Positions 18,688 to 29,763 of a stretch of 64,000 nucleotides of DNA are shown piece by piece. The notes under the pieces were generated by a model. It was not told where the DNA came from. It ran no database searches and was given only the letters and a program-made list of their open reading frames with translations. Position 1 is the first letter of the stretch; each line of letters begins with the position of its first letter. The position numbers and the translations under genes were made by a program. Origin of the DNA: a bacterium (GTDB lineage Bacteria; UBA8248); contig OZ253442.1 of the NCBI GenBank assembly GCA_965261085.1, positions 1 to 64,000 on the forward strand, given 5' to 3'.

Positions 18688-20258
18688 CGACTTCATCCGC
18701 TCCCCGAAGCGGGGGAAAACCCACCTCGGATACGGGCTACCCCACCCCTTTCAACCGCGCGATGATAACGCTCGCCGTCGTATCGGCCGCGTTCATCTCC
18801 ATAATGGACGCCAGCGTCGTCAACGTGGTGATGCCGCACATGCGCGGTTCGTTCAACGTCGATCTCTCCACCATCACCTGGGTGGCGACTATCTACACCA
18901 TCGCCCAGATCATCACGATCACCATGTCGGCCTGGTGGAGCACCTTTTTGGGCCGGAAGCGGTTTTTCCTCATCTCCTTCGTCATCTTCACCCTGGCGTC
19001 TATCCTGGTCGGCACCTCGCAAACCTTCGCGCAGATGCTCACCTACCGCATCCTGCAAGGGCTGGGCGGCGGCGGGCTCATACCCGTGGCGCAGGCGATA
19101 TTGCGCGAGTCGTATCCGCCGAACAAACAAGGCTGGGCCATGGCCATGTTCGCGGCGGGCGTGGTGCTGGCGCCCGCGATGGGGCCGGTGGTGGGCGGGT
19201 GGCTGGCGGAGACCCTCAGCTGGCCGTGGGTTTTCTACATCAACGTGCCCGTCGCCGTCGTGGGAATTACTCTCGTCTCCACCTACGTGTTCGACCCGCC
19301 CCACATGAAGCGCGGGATCAACAAAGTGGACTGGATGGGCATCATCCTGATCGGCGTCGGCCTCACCGCACTTCAAGTTGTCCTGGAACGGGGACAGGAC
19401 GAAGACTGGTTCGAGTCGGGCCTCATCATTTTGATGACGATATTCACCATCATCTCCTTGACGGCGCTGGTCCTCTGGGAGCTCAGGACGGAAGAGCCCA
19501 TCGTCGATTTCAGGGTTCTCAAAAACTTAAACCTCGGTTCATCGTGCTTCGTGGTCCTCATCTTCGGAATCGTGATGTTCGGAACCACCTTCATCCTGCC
19601 GCAATTTCTGCAAAACCTGCTCGATCACAGCCCGTATGAAACCGGCCTCGTCATGCTGCCCCGGGGTATCGCGCTCTTTTGCATGATGCCCATCGTGGGG
19701 CACCTGTATAACCTGGTGGACTACAGGATATTGATGTGCGGCGGCGTCGCGCTGGCCATGACGTCGTTGTTTCTGATGTCGGGGCTCTCGTTGCAGACGG
19801 ACTACTGGGACATGGTGTCACGCCTCGTCATCCTGGGGTTCGGCATGCCCTTCGTCTTCGTCACCCTGACGACGGTCGCCTTCAGCACTACCGCGGCGAC
19901 CGACATCAACTCCGCCACGAGCCTCTACAACCTGGCGCGCCGCCTGGGGGGCAACCTGGGGTTCGCCGTAATGGCGATACTGCTCGAGCGGCGCACGGCC
20001 CTTCATCGCACGAACATGGTGGGACACATCACCGAGTCGAACACCACGTTTCTTCACTACAAAGAGACACTCTCGGAAATGCTCGTCCGCAAGCAAATCG
20101 ACCCGCACACCGCGCAAATCAAGGCGATGGCCCTCATCGAGCAGACCATCGACAAACAATCCACCATGCTCGCCTACAATGACATCTATTGGATCATGGG
20201 ATGGAGCTTCATATTCGTCATCCCGTTCATTCTGGTCCTGAAAACCAAGCAGGTGTAA
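18684..20258 (+). CDS. emrB: DHA2 (EmrB/QacA) MFS efflux transporter
   Basis: 14-TM pattern; WVFYINVP and LERGQ.EDWF motifs; overlaps the emrA stop. Confidence 0.88.
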   Translation: MTTSSAPRSGGKPTSDTGYPTPFNRAMITLAVVSAAFISIMDASVVNVVMPHMRGSFNVDLSTITWVATIYTIAQIITITMSAWWSTFLGRKRFFLISFVIFTLASILVGTSQTFAQMLTYRILQGLGGGGLIPVAQAILRESYPPNKQGWAMAMFAAGVVLAPAMGPVVGGWLAETLSWPWVFYINVPVAVVGITLVSTYVFDPPHMKRGINKVDWMGIILIGVGLTALQVVLERGQDEDWFESGLIILMTIFTIISLTALVLWELRTEEPIVDFRVLKNLNLGSSCFVVLIFGIVMFGTTFILPQFLQNLLDHSPYETGLVMLPRGIALFCMMPIVGHLYNLVDYRILMCGGVALAMTSLFLMSGLSLQTDYWDMVSRLVILGFGMPFVFVTLTTVAFSTTAATDINSATSLYNLARRLGGNLGFAVMAILLERRTALHRTNMVGHITESNTTFLHYKETLSEMLVRKQIDPHTAQIKAMALIEQTIDKQSTMLAYNDIYWIMGWSFIFVIPFILVLKTKQV

Positions 20259-20490
20259 GTTCCGGACGGTTTCCCGTGAGCGATGCGGCCGAAACGGCAC
20301 TACCCCCGGAGAGAAGGTAAAGTGCGGGCTTCGGTGAAGATACGCCGTAGGGGAAAAAGGAGGGCTATTTCTTTGGGTAAATCCCGAAAGGATCCTTCGG
20401 CACTACCTTCCACACGACGATGAGCACGACCACTACGATGAGCGCAAGCGTTTCCATATGGAACCGACTCTCCCATGAATGTGCGAAAAC

Positions 20491-20567
20491 TGGTGGGCCG
20501 CCGGGGAATCGAACCCCGAACCTACGGATTAAGAGTCCGTTGCTCTGCCTAGTTGAGCTAGCGACCC
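20491..20567 (-). tRNA. tRNA-Lys(CTT)
   Basis: Cloverleaf GGGTCGC...; anticodon arm ACGGA-CT-CTT-AA-TCCGT; TTCGATT T-loop; encoded CCA. Confidence 0.96.
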
Positions 20568-20777
20568 GATATCTGAATTATTGCCGATCGGTTATCATCG
20601 AAACCGAAGTTAGCACAGAGATCCGTCATAACAAAACCGGCGCGGCTCATCAACTCTTGAACACTCCCGCGATGAAACCCGTTTTCACAGCCTTCGCACA
20701 GAAATCTTCTCCGCTACCATGAAGCATAAATCTTTGGCTCCCGCCCGGCGTCTTTCGGGCCTTGTGTGGACACCGGC

Positions 20778-22100
20778 CTATTTTTCCGGAATGAGGCCGC
20801 GGGGACTGAAGCGCAGAACCAGCAACAGGAGCACCCCCATGGTCATCAACCGCATGTGGGCCGCGCTTTCGAGCAGATGGCGTCTTAAAGCGTTGTCTTC
20901 CGCCAGGCCGGAGGTGAGCAGATCCATCAGCCACAGACCGATGGGTTCGGCCTCGACCCAGAAGAACCAGATCACGAAGCCGCCAAGAACGGCGCCCCAG
21001 TTATTGCCCGACCCCCCGACGATGACCATCACCCAGATAATGAAGGTGAAGCGCAGCGGCTGATAGGAGGCGGGCGTAAACTGCCCGTCCAGGGTGGTGA
21101 GCATGGCCCCGGCGACGCCGACCACCGCCGAGCCCAGAACGAACACCTGGAGATGGCGGCTCGTGACGTCCTTTCCCATGGCGGAGGCGGCGAGTTCGTT
21201 GTCCCTGATGGCCCGCATCATCCGGCCCCATGGTGAATGGAGCGCCCGCTCGGAGAGCCACAACACCACGAGGAGAACGATGGCGAACAGCCCCGCGTAG
21301 CACAATTTGACGAAGATGGAGGAAAGCTCCATGGGCGATGCGCCCAGCCGCACGGCCCAATCCTGAAACCACAGAGCCTGTTGAAGGTCGACCTCATACG
21401 GCACGGGGCGGGGCAGACCGCTCACGTTCTTCACGCCACGGGTCAACCAGTCTTCGTTCTTCAAGACGGCGATGATGATCTCGGCAATACCCAGCGTGGC
21501 GATGGCCAGATAATCGGCTCTGAGGCCCAAGGCGATCTTTCCGATCACCCAGGCGACGGCGGCGGCGAAGAGGCCGCCCACAATCCAGGAGAGCAAAATG
21601 GGCAGCCCCAGGCCGCCCAGGAACCCGGATATTGTCGGGTCCACGGCTTCGATGGCTTCCACCGCAGGATAAAAAACCGCCCGCGCGAGAAAATAACCAC
21701 CGATGATGATGCAGGCGAGGACGAGTTTTCGCGGCGCGCCGGCGGGCGTGCGACTGGCGGCGAAAATAGCGGTCAGAATCGTCGCCAAAGAGATGCCCAA
21801 GGCGACGATGACCCCGGCGCCCCCCGCTCCCCAGGCCTCCGGAACCGGTGCAACGGAGACGAGAACCGCCGTGACCCCGCCCAGCGCCGCGAACCCCATG
21901 ACGCCGATGTTGAAGAGCCCGGCGTAGCCCCACTGTATGTTGACGCCCAGAGACATCACAGCCGATATGAGACAGAGGTTCAGAATCGCAAACGCCAGGG
22001 ACCAACTCTGGATTACGCCGACCACTACCAGAGCCGCGAGCATGGTGGCGAACATGGAGACGGGCCGCATATTCTCTCTCCAGCGGTTCGCAGGGTTCAT
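20778..22100 (-). CDS. livM: HAAT (branched-chain amino acid-type) ABC permease, LivM-like
   Basis: WGYAGLFN, LRADYLAIATLG and SPWGRMMRAIRDN motifs. Confidence 0.88.
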   Translation of the reverse strand: MNPANRWRENMRPVSMFATMLAALVVVGVIQSWSLAFAILNLCLISAVMSLGVNIQWGYAGLFNIGVMGFAALGGVTAVLVSVAPVPEAWGAGGAGVIVALGISLATILTAIFAASRTPAGAPRKLVLACIIIGGYFLARAVFYPAVEAIEAVDPTISGFLGGLGLPILLSWIVGGLFAAAVAWVIGKIALGLRADYLAIATLGIAEIIIAVLKNEDWLTRGVKNVSGLPRPVPYEVDLQQALWFQDWAVRLGASPMELSSIFVKLCYAGLFAIVLLVVLWLSERALHSPWGRMMRAIRDNELAASAMGKDVTSRHLQVFVLGSAVVGVAGAMLTTLDGQFTPASYQPLRFTFIIWVMVIVGGSGNNWGAVLGGFVIWFFWVEAEPIGLWLMDLLTSGLAEDNALRRHLLESAAHMRLMTMGVLLLLVLRFSPRGLIPEK

Positions 22101-23110
22101 GGGGATCTCCGCCCAAAAATGCCGGTGGGCCGGAGCAGCAGGACCAACACTAGAATGGTAAAGGAAACCGCAAACTTGTAATCCGTCGACAACAACTGCA
22201 CCAACCCTTGCGGCGTCCAGTCTCCGGGCACGAGATAGGCGAGGAATTTCTTGTAGGCGTAGGTGAGCACGACTTCTGAGAAAGCGATGGTGAAGCCTCC
22301 GGCGATCGCGCCCAGCGGGTTGCCCAGACCGCCGACGATGGCGGCGGCGAAGATCGGCAACAGAAGGTTGAAATAGGTGAACGGCTTGAAGCTCTTGTCC
22401 AGGCCATACAGGACACCTGCGATAGTGGCGAGCGCCGCGGCGATGACCCAGGTGGTCCGTACGACCCGTTCCGGATCGATCCCCGAGAGCAGGGCCAGGT
22501 CTTCGTTGTCGGAATAAGCGCGCATGGATTTGCCGGTGCGCGTGCGGTTCAGAAACCAGAACAGCGCCGCCACCACGAGCACCGCCGTCAGGATGGTCAA
22601 ACCCTGCGTAGTCTTGAAGGCGACGCCCTCGCTGAAACCGCTAAGGCGCTTGAAGGTTGGCGCCGTGATAATGAAACGCTCCCCGTCGACGAACCACCGA
22701 TCGCCTGGCCCGATGATGAAACGCACCAGGCTGTTGTAGACGAACATCACCCCGACAGAGACGATCATCAACACTGCGGGTTTCGCCTTCACCCGACGGT
22801 AGAAACGATACACCCATCGATCGAACAACAGGCAAAGAGCAATTGTGCAGAGGACACCGAACGGCAGGGCCAGCAACGCTGTCGGCAACGGCGCGATCGA
22901 AACGCCCCACGATTGCAGCAACCAAGTCAGCAGGATAGTCGCCATGGTCCCGAAGGCCATGGTGTCGCCCTGTGCGAAGTCCGAAAAACGCAAGATGGCG
23001 TATATCAAGGTGACGGCCAAAGCGCCAATCGCCAACTGACTACCATACGCCATGCCGGGAACGATGACGAAATTCGACAACAGGATCATCGCGTTCAGGA
23101 TGCCGTCCAT
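22097..23110 (-). CDS. livH: HAAT ABC permease, LivH-like
   Basis: TRTGKSMRA..DN..LA..SGI, GGLGNP.GA and LRPTGIFG motifs. Confidence 0.88.
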   Translation of the reverse strand: MDGILNAMILLSNFVIVPGMAYGSQLAIGALAVTLIYAILRFSDFAQGDTMAFGTMATILLTWLLQSWGVSIAPLPTALLALPFGVLCTIALCLLFDRWVYRFYRRVKAKPAVLMIVSVGVMFVYNSLVRFIIGPGDRWFVDGERFIITAPTFKRLSGFSEGVAFKTTQGLTILTAVLVVAALFWFLNRTRTGKSMRAYSDNEDLALLSGIDPERVVRTTWVIAAALATIAGVLYGLDKSFKPFTYFNLLLPIFAAAIVGGLGNPLGAIAGGFTIAFSEVVLTYAYKKFLAYLVPGDWTPQGLVQLLSTDYKFAVSFTILVLVLLLRPTGIFGRRSP

Positions 23111-23114
23111 CGTC

Positions 23115-23823
23115 TCAGCCGCCCAAAAACGCCCGGCGGACTTCCGTGTTCATCATCAGGGCCGGGCCGGTGTCGGTATAGCGGTTTCGCCCCTGCACCA
23201 GCACGTAGCCCCTGTCGGCGATGCTCAGCGCCTGGCGGGCGTTCTGCTCCACCATCAGAATGGCGATGCCGCTTCCGGCGATGTCGAGAATGCGCACGAA
23301 CAATTCGGTCATCACGATGGGCGAGACCCCCGCCGTGGGCTCATCGAGCATCAACACCTTCGGACGGGTCATGAGCGCGCGGCCCACCGCCACCTGCTGG
23401 CGCTGGCCGCCGGAGAGTTCGCCCGCGAGCTGGCGGCGCTTCTCCTTCAGGACGGGGAAGAGGTCGAACACCTCCCCCATGGTGTCCGCAATGTCTTCGC
23501 TGCGAATGAAGGCCCCCATCTCCAGGTTTTCCTCCACCGTCATGGAGGTGAAGACGTTGCCGGTTTGCGGCACCAGACTCATGCCGCGTACGACGCGATC
23601 CTGCGGCGTCAGCCCGGTGATGTCCTCCCCGCCCAGGCGAACCGAACCCTCGCGCATCACCAACATGCCGAAAATTGCTTTCATGGCCGTGGATTTGCCC
23701 GAGCCGTTGGGGCCGACGACGACCGTGATTTCTCCACATCGGGCGCCGATGGTGCACTCATGGATGATGTCCGGCCCGCCGTAGCCGCCGGTCATGTTCT
23801 CGCCGAGGAGATAATCTTCCGAA

Positions 23824-23837
<14 letters not shown>
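23115..23837 (-). CDS. livF: HAAT ABC ATP-binding protein, LivF-like
   Basis: GPNGSGKS, LSGGQ, DEPT and VEQN motifs. Confidence 0.9.
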
Positions 23838-24615
<778 letters not shown>

Positions 24616-24638
24616 GAAATCCGCAAGGAACGCCTGAC

Positions 24639-25823
24639 CTAGTGGTACCGCACGGTGGTAATCTTCCCGCCCTTCACCAGTATCTCGCGGTAGTTGCCCG
24701 CGCTCTCACCAGCCCCGATCAGTTCGACCGCCGAGGCGCCCACGTAATCGACGTCGCCGCCCTTGGCAATAATCTTGAGCGCCTTGGCCAGTTCTCCGGG
24801 ATAAATTTTCTCGCCCGGCGCATTGGCGACCATCATCACCTTGTCCTTGAGTTTCATGCTCTTGCTGGAGCCGGCCGCCTGCATGGCCAACAGGATCAGG
24901 GCCGCAGCGTCATAGGACTCGGCGACGAACGGGTTGCCCCCCTTGAAGCCGGCCTTCTTGGCCAGCGCGCCGAGCTTCGCCGCGCCCGGGCTGTCCGTGC
25001 CGGGAACGGTGCCGTAGGAACCATCGAGCGCCTTGCCGATCGCCTTCGGCAGGCTTTCGCCGATCATCCCGTCGGGCAGCACGAAGGTTTTGAACGCGCC
25101 GGTGTCGACCGCCGCCCGAATAACGCCCTTGCCGCCCTGGTCCACGTAACCGGCGACAATCAGAACATCGCCGCCTGCGGCTGCGAGCGCGCCGACTTCC
25201 GCCGTGTAATCCGCCTTGCCGTCTTCGTGCGCTGCGGAAATCGTAATCTTGCCGCCGGCCTTCTCGAAGTTGGTCTTGATGCTATGGGCCAGCCCCTTGC
25301 CGTAATCGTTGTTGGTGTAGGTCAGGGCCGCCGACTTGACGCCTCTTTCTTTCAAAATCGCGCCCAGGACCTGCCCTTGCCGAGCGTCGGAGGGAGCGGT
25401 GCGGAAAAACAGGCCATTGTCCTTGAGAGTAGAAAGCGCCGGCGAGGTCGCCGAGGGGGAGATCATCACGACCCCGTTGGGCATGGCCACGTTTTGCAGC
25501 ATGGCGATGGTGACGCCGGAACAATCGCCGCCGACGATGGCGTTCACCTTATCGGACGTGACCAGACGCTCGGTCGCCGCCCTGGCGGCCGCAGAATCCG
25601 TACAAGTGCTATCGCCGCGCACCGAAACCACTTTGCTGCCGCCCAAAAACGCGCCGCTGTCGCTGACTTCCTTCATCGCCAACTCAGCGGCTTTGGCCAT
25701 AGGCGGGGTGAGGGATTCAATGGGCCCCGTATAGCCGAAAATGACGCCCAATTTCACGGTTTCCGCACTGGCCGGCGCGCTTGCAAGCAAAACCAACGCC
25801 ATCGCAACGAATAGTTTCTTCAT
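24639..25823 (-). CDS. HAAT ABC substrate-binding protein
   Basis: Signal peptide (MKKLFVAM...ASA); ISPSATSP, FFRTAPSD and NNDYGKG motifs. Confidence 0.9.
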   Translation of the reverse strand: MKKLFVAMALVLLASAPASAETVKLGVIFGYTGPIESLTPPMAKAAELAMKEVSDSGAFLGGSKVVSVRGDSTCTDSAAARAATERLVTSDKVNAIVGGDCSGVTIAMLQNVAMPNGVVMISPSATSPALSTLKDNGLFFRTAPSDARQGQVLGAILKERGVKSAALTYTNNDYGKGLAHSIKTNFEKAGGKITISAAHEDGKADYTAEVGALAAAGGDVLIVAGYVDQGGKGVIRAAVDTGAFKTFVLPDGMIGESLPKAIGKALDGSYGTVPGTDSPGAAKLGALAKKAGFKGGNPFVAESYDAAALILLAMQAAGSSKSMKLKDKVMMVANAPGEKIYPGELAKALKIIAKGGDVDYVGASAVELIGAGESAGNYREILVKGGKITTVRYH

Positions 25824-26198
25824 CACTTTATCTCCCATAGATGATGGTCAAAAATGGAATCGAGTGTCAGGAACCTCGTGGATGAAGTAAATTATACACG
25901 AACCCAGATGCGGATGATCGAAAAAAATATTGCATACAAACGATTCCATACGCCCGGCGCATCGGGTAGGAACTGTCGCCGAACCCACCCTGAACGCGAA
26001 GACTTAAATACCTCGTAGGCTCATCATACGGACCATTTTCATCATCTTGCAAACATGACGCAGCCGGGCCGGGAGGCTTTTGATGACTATGGGACAGGAG
26101 ATATCAAACGTCTTGGGACGCGTGTTTCATCTCCTGTTCGCCAGGACATGGGCGTCGGGCACGTGGATCCTCACCTATGGCGGACGTGGCTCTTGATT

Positions 26199-26470
26199 GT
26201 TATCCCGGAACGCGTCCATCCGGGAGCCAGCGACTTTGGTTCTGGATTCCGGCATGCGCCGGAATGACGGCAATCTCATCGTATTTAGGCAACCTCGAAG
26301 AAACGTGGGCGGACACATACGAACTTCCCTTTCTCAGGGAAGCTCGACACCCCTACGAGGGCTCTCTCCAATCACGGCGATTCCCGCAGGAGCCTTCGTA
26401 AGGGCCGCATACATGCGTCCCGTATTTCACGGAACCAGGAGGGCCGCATATATGCGTGGGGCGGTCCCGA
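26199..26470. repeat. Mixed REP-like palindromes
   Basis: GTTATCCCGG...CCGGAATGAC hairpin element (26199-26268); GGGCCGCATA(C/T)ATGCG copies at about 26402 and 26441. Confidence 0.55.
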
Positions 26471-26735
26471 GGAGGAACCGCCACCTACATGATGGCCGGC
26501 GAACAATCTTTCCTCACCCGCGTTTAACCCACGCACTTCCCCGCAATTCCCGTCATCGCGCCTTCTCCGGGGTGTGTCAGAATCCGCCGCCAGGAGAGGA
26601 GGTTTATTCATGGAATCAGGCGATGGGGCGAGAGTGAAGGACGGCGAACCCTCCTTCCTCAGTCGGGTTCGACCTCACTCGGGTTTGCTCATGAGGAGGA
26701 GGGGAGGCGCGCTGGTGGACTTAAACATGACGGCG

Positions 26736-26930
26736 GAAATGAAAATAATCCAATTTTCGGAAAATATCGATAAATTTCCCGCAAAATTCGATAAATTCCT
26801 GAAACCCGATGGCCTTTCAAGATATTGAAATAAGAAGAGTTATACATAAATATTAGCGCATTACACTCCAATATGGAGCCATGAAAAATTTCTTGAGTCC
26901 CCCGCATTTGCCCGCATTTGCGTACGCGAA
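26736..26930. repeat. Dispersed ~200-bp AT-rich element, copy B
   Basis: Homologous to 231-430 and 5-27; ends with CCCGCATTTG x2. Confidence 0.75.
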
Positions 26931-26940
26931 GGAGAAACCC

Positions 26941-27744
26941 CTATTTTTTCCTGGGCGCAGCCAGCGCCAAAGCGGAAGGGGCCCTGCGGAGGCTCAACAT
27001 ATAGACCGTCAGCGCCTCGAGGTCCGGCGGTGATAAATGGGCGTAGGCGGGCATGGCGGATCCGGAAGAAACCTTTTGCGGGAACTTGAAATGTTCGACG
27101 TGCCACTTCGGGTCTTTTCGGCGTTCCCCCGCAAACGTCAGGTCGGGCCCGACGACTCCGCCGACTCCTCTGATTTTATGGCATCCGATACATCCGTTCG
27201 TCAGATAGAGAAGCTTTCCCTTTTGAACGAGGGGAGCCCCTTTCAACACACCTGCGTGACACGGACCACAACTCGCTTGAATTAACGGGCCCCGGAGGAG
27301 GGGCTCTCCCCAGAACGGGACTTCTCCGTGGGCATCCTGAACGGTCGTTGCTCTGCCCTGGCCCTGGTGGCACACGGTGCAGCCGAATTGCTCAAAGGGA
27401 TGCAGCGGCATTGAGGGATGCCTGGCGAAGGGCTGGGCGGCGCCTTGAAACGCCGGGTGCTCGACCCCCCGGTGGCACATGACACACCTGTCTACGCGCT
27501 CACCACCGGCCACGATGATCTGCTCGAACTGGTCTCCACTCCCCAAAACGGTTTTGCGCTCCTCTTCGGTTGCGGCTCTTGCGACGAGCATTTCACGGTA
27601 CGTCCGCTGATAGCCCCTCCATTCGCGATCATAATCCTTCCAGACGGACAGCAGAAAAAAGAAGGCCGCGCACACGCTCAGCACGGCAAAGGCGACCACC
27701 CACCCAAACGACACATAGGAAGCGTTCTGTTTTGAATTCGCCAT
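26941..27744 (-). CDS. Membrane-anchored tetraheme cytochrome c (cytochrome c subunit of a Rieske/cyt b complex)
   Basis: N-terminal TM helix; CVMCH, CTVCH, CGPCH and CIGCH; C-terminal GPDL...MP class I domain. Confidence 0.88.
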   Translation of the reverse strand: MANSKQNASYVSFGWVVAFAVLSVCAAFFFLLSVWKDYDREWRGYQRTYREMLVARAATEEERKTVLGSGDQFEQIIVAGGERVDRCVMCHRGVEHPAFQGAAQPFARHPSMPLHPFEQFGCTVCHQGQGRATTVQDAHGEVPFWGEPLLRGPLIQASCGPCHAGVLKGAPLVQKGKLLYLTNGCIGCHKIRGVGGVVGPDLTFAGERRKDPKWHVEHFKFPQKVSSGSAMPAYAHLSPPDLEALTVYMLSLRRAPSALALAAPRKK

Positions 27745-27756
27745 TCGTTATCGGCC

Positions 27757-29253
27757 TCAGTGCAGTCCCGTGGCCTGCCACGGCCATATCCAGGCCCAGT
27801 TCGCTCCACGAAAATAAAGCCCGATCACCGTGTAAATCACGTAAGCCGCCAGAAAATAGGAATACAAGGCCAAGGCCCCCATCCGGCTCGACCCCGTCCG
27901 CCGCCAGGTGTAAAGCGACCCGGTGGCGAACAGAGCGATCAGGATGGTCCCCGGATTCAAGAGGTCGACCCAGATTTGGGAAGCGCCCGGAACCAGTTTC
28001 CGGACGGCATAGTGCTCGTTCAGATAGGTCAGAATGAGGACGACCGGAATGTTCGCCAGGATCGACCAAAGCGTAATCCGCCGACCCTGGCCAGAGGTAA
28101 ACCAGTTTCCCTGGCCTGCGGGGTTGCGGTCTATGTAGGGAATGCTCATGAGGCCGATAATCGCAACGGCGGGAACGATTACGCCTCCCGCCAAAGCGGA
28201 ATAACTCACGATTTCCTGAAGCCCAAGGAAATACCAGGGAGCTTTGGCGGGGTTGGGTGGATGGTCCGGGTTGGCCAACTCCTCGAGAGGAGCATCAAAA
28301 AAATAGGCGACGACGGAGAGAACCGCCACGACTCCCACGAAGACGACCAGCATTCTGAAAACCGTATGGGGCCAGCTCATGACCTCTTCTTCCGGGGCCT
28401 GGGCACCCACCATGGGCGTTTTCCCTTCAGCCAATTCCACGAGCATGTACGTCTTGTGCGGCGAAAAAGCCGCCGACTTGCCCTCAACGGCCCCCAGGGG
28501 GTTAGCGGGCGGACGAGAGAGGCCCCCGTCTTTGTGAATCCGCCAGAAATGGACGCCCATGAGTATGAGCATGATGCCCGGCAGGACCACGACATGCATG
28601 ACGTAAAACCGGATCAACGCATTCTGCCCTACCGTGTCGCCTCCGAGCATCAGCGTGCGGATGTACTCTCCAATCAGGGGCGGATAACCGGCGATGCTCG
28701 ACCCGACGGTGATGGCCCAATAGGCGAGTTGATCCCAGGGAAGCAGATAGCCCGTGAAGCTCATCATCAGGGTCGCCCCCCAGAGGAGCACCCCGATGAC
28801 CCAGTTGAACTCACGCGGCGCTTTGTAGCTGCCCGTATAGAACACCCGGCACATGTGCAAGAAGACGATGGCGACCATCGCGTGCGCAGACCAGCGATGG
28901 AGGTTTCGCAAGACGACGCCATAGGAGACGACGAATTGCAGGTCTTTCATGTCGCTATAGGCGCGTTCGGTCGAAGGGACGTAGAAGAACATGAGCAAAG
29001 AGCCGGTGCCCACCAGAATGACGAAGAGGAAAAAGGAGATGATGCCGAGTCCCCAGGTGTAGGTGGGTTTCAGGCTGTTGACGTGCGTTCGCGCTGGAAG
29101 GACGTGAAGGAAGAAATTCGAGAACATGACCGCCGAGCGGTCCAGATCGTTGTCCGGATAACCGCGGCGGAAGATCGAGCGGACTACGCGGTTGTCCCTA
29201 ATCCAGGATGCGGCTTTTCTCTGTCCTGATTTCGGTGGGGATTCAATAGCCAC
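27757..29253 (-). CDS. Cytochrome b (fused b6 + subunit IV type) of a Rieske/cyt b complex
   Basis: HRWSAH...[18 protein letters not shown] and H-x14-H motifs; APWY in place of PEWY. Confidence 0.92.
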   Translation of the reverse strand: MAIESPPKSGQRKAASWIRDNRVVRSIFRRGYPDNDLDRSAVMFSNFFLHVLPARTHVNSLKPTYTWGLGIISFFLFVILVGTGSLLMFFYVPSTERAYSDMKDLQFVVSYGVVLRNLHRWSAHAMVAIVFLHMCRVFYTGSYKAPREFNWVIGVLLWGATLMMSFTGYLLPWDQLAYWAITVGSSIAGYPPLIGEYIRTLMLGGDTVGQNALIRFYVMHVVVLPGIMLILMGVHFWRIHKDGGLSRPPANPLGAVEGKSAAFSPHKTYMLVELAEGKTPMVGAQAPEEEVMSWPHTVFRMLVVFVGVVAVLSVVAYFFDAPLEELANPDHPPNPAKAPWYFLGLQEIVSYSALAGGVIVPAVAIIGLMSIPYIDRNPAGQGNWFTSGQGRRITLWSILANIPVVLILTYLNEHYAVRKLVPGASQIWVDLLNPGTILIALFATGSLYTWRRTGSSRMGALALYSYFLAAYVIYTVIGLYFRGANWAWIWPWQATGLH

Positions 29254-29262
29254 TATGTCAGC

Positions 29263-29763
29263 TCAGAGTCTGAAATGCTCGGAAGGACCGACGACTTTGC
29301 GCGTATCGACCACGACGCGGCCATCCGGCGATTTCTTTACGAGGAAAAAGTCGAGTCCCCGAGGCGCAGGTCCCCCGAGCACCTGTCCCCGGCCGTCGAA
29401 AGTGCTACCGTGGCACGGACACCGGGCCCTTAGAATATCCGGAGACGCCCCGGGCGCCCCGACAAAGGGGCCAATCACGCAACGAAGATGAGGACAGATG
29501 GCCGTGCAGGCCCGGAATCCATCCTTTTCGCGAAAAAGAACCACCTTCTTCTGTGCAAAAAACGTGATGGACCCCACGGGGTATTTCTCCAGGGAATCGA
29601 GTTTCAAAACCGCCTCGCCTTCATAAACGACGTTGGGGAACAAGAACCGGACGTTGGCGAGAACCGGACCCAGCAGGGAAATCAGGAAGGAAACCCAGCC
29701 CAAACCCAAAAGCATCCGGCGCCGGGGGGTCGACTCGTCCAGGCTCGCAGTCATGTCATCCAT
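29263..29763 (-). CDS. Rieske [2Fe-2S] subunit (QcrA/PetC-like)
   Basis: RRR + TM helix; CPHLRC, CPCHGS and GPAPRGL motifs; start coupled to the upstream stop. Confidence 0.9.
   Translation of the reverse strand: MDDMTASLDESTPRRRMLLGLGWVSFLISLLGPVLANVRFLFPNVVYEGEAVLKLDSLEKYPVGSITFFAQKKVVLFREKDGFRACTAICPHLRCVIGPFVGAPGASPDILRARCPCHGSTFDGRGQVLGGPAPRGLDFFLVKKSPDGRVVVDTRKVVGPSEHFRL

Noticed and set aside
20520-20546. Shared anticodon-arm sequence of tRNA-Lys(CTT) and tRNA-Arg(TCT) as a recombination scar
   Set aside because: Both are complete tRNAs with different acceptor stems, so ordinary tRNA similarity explains it.
25950-25959. Possible att duplication of a tRNA-Arg 3' end (TACGCCCGGC)
   Set aside because: Only 10 bp in GC-rich DNA, compatible with chance.
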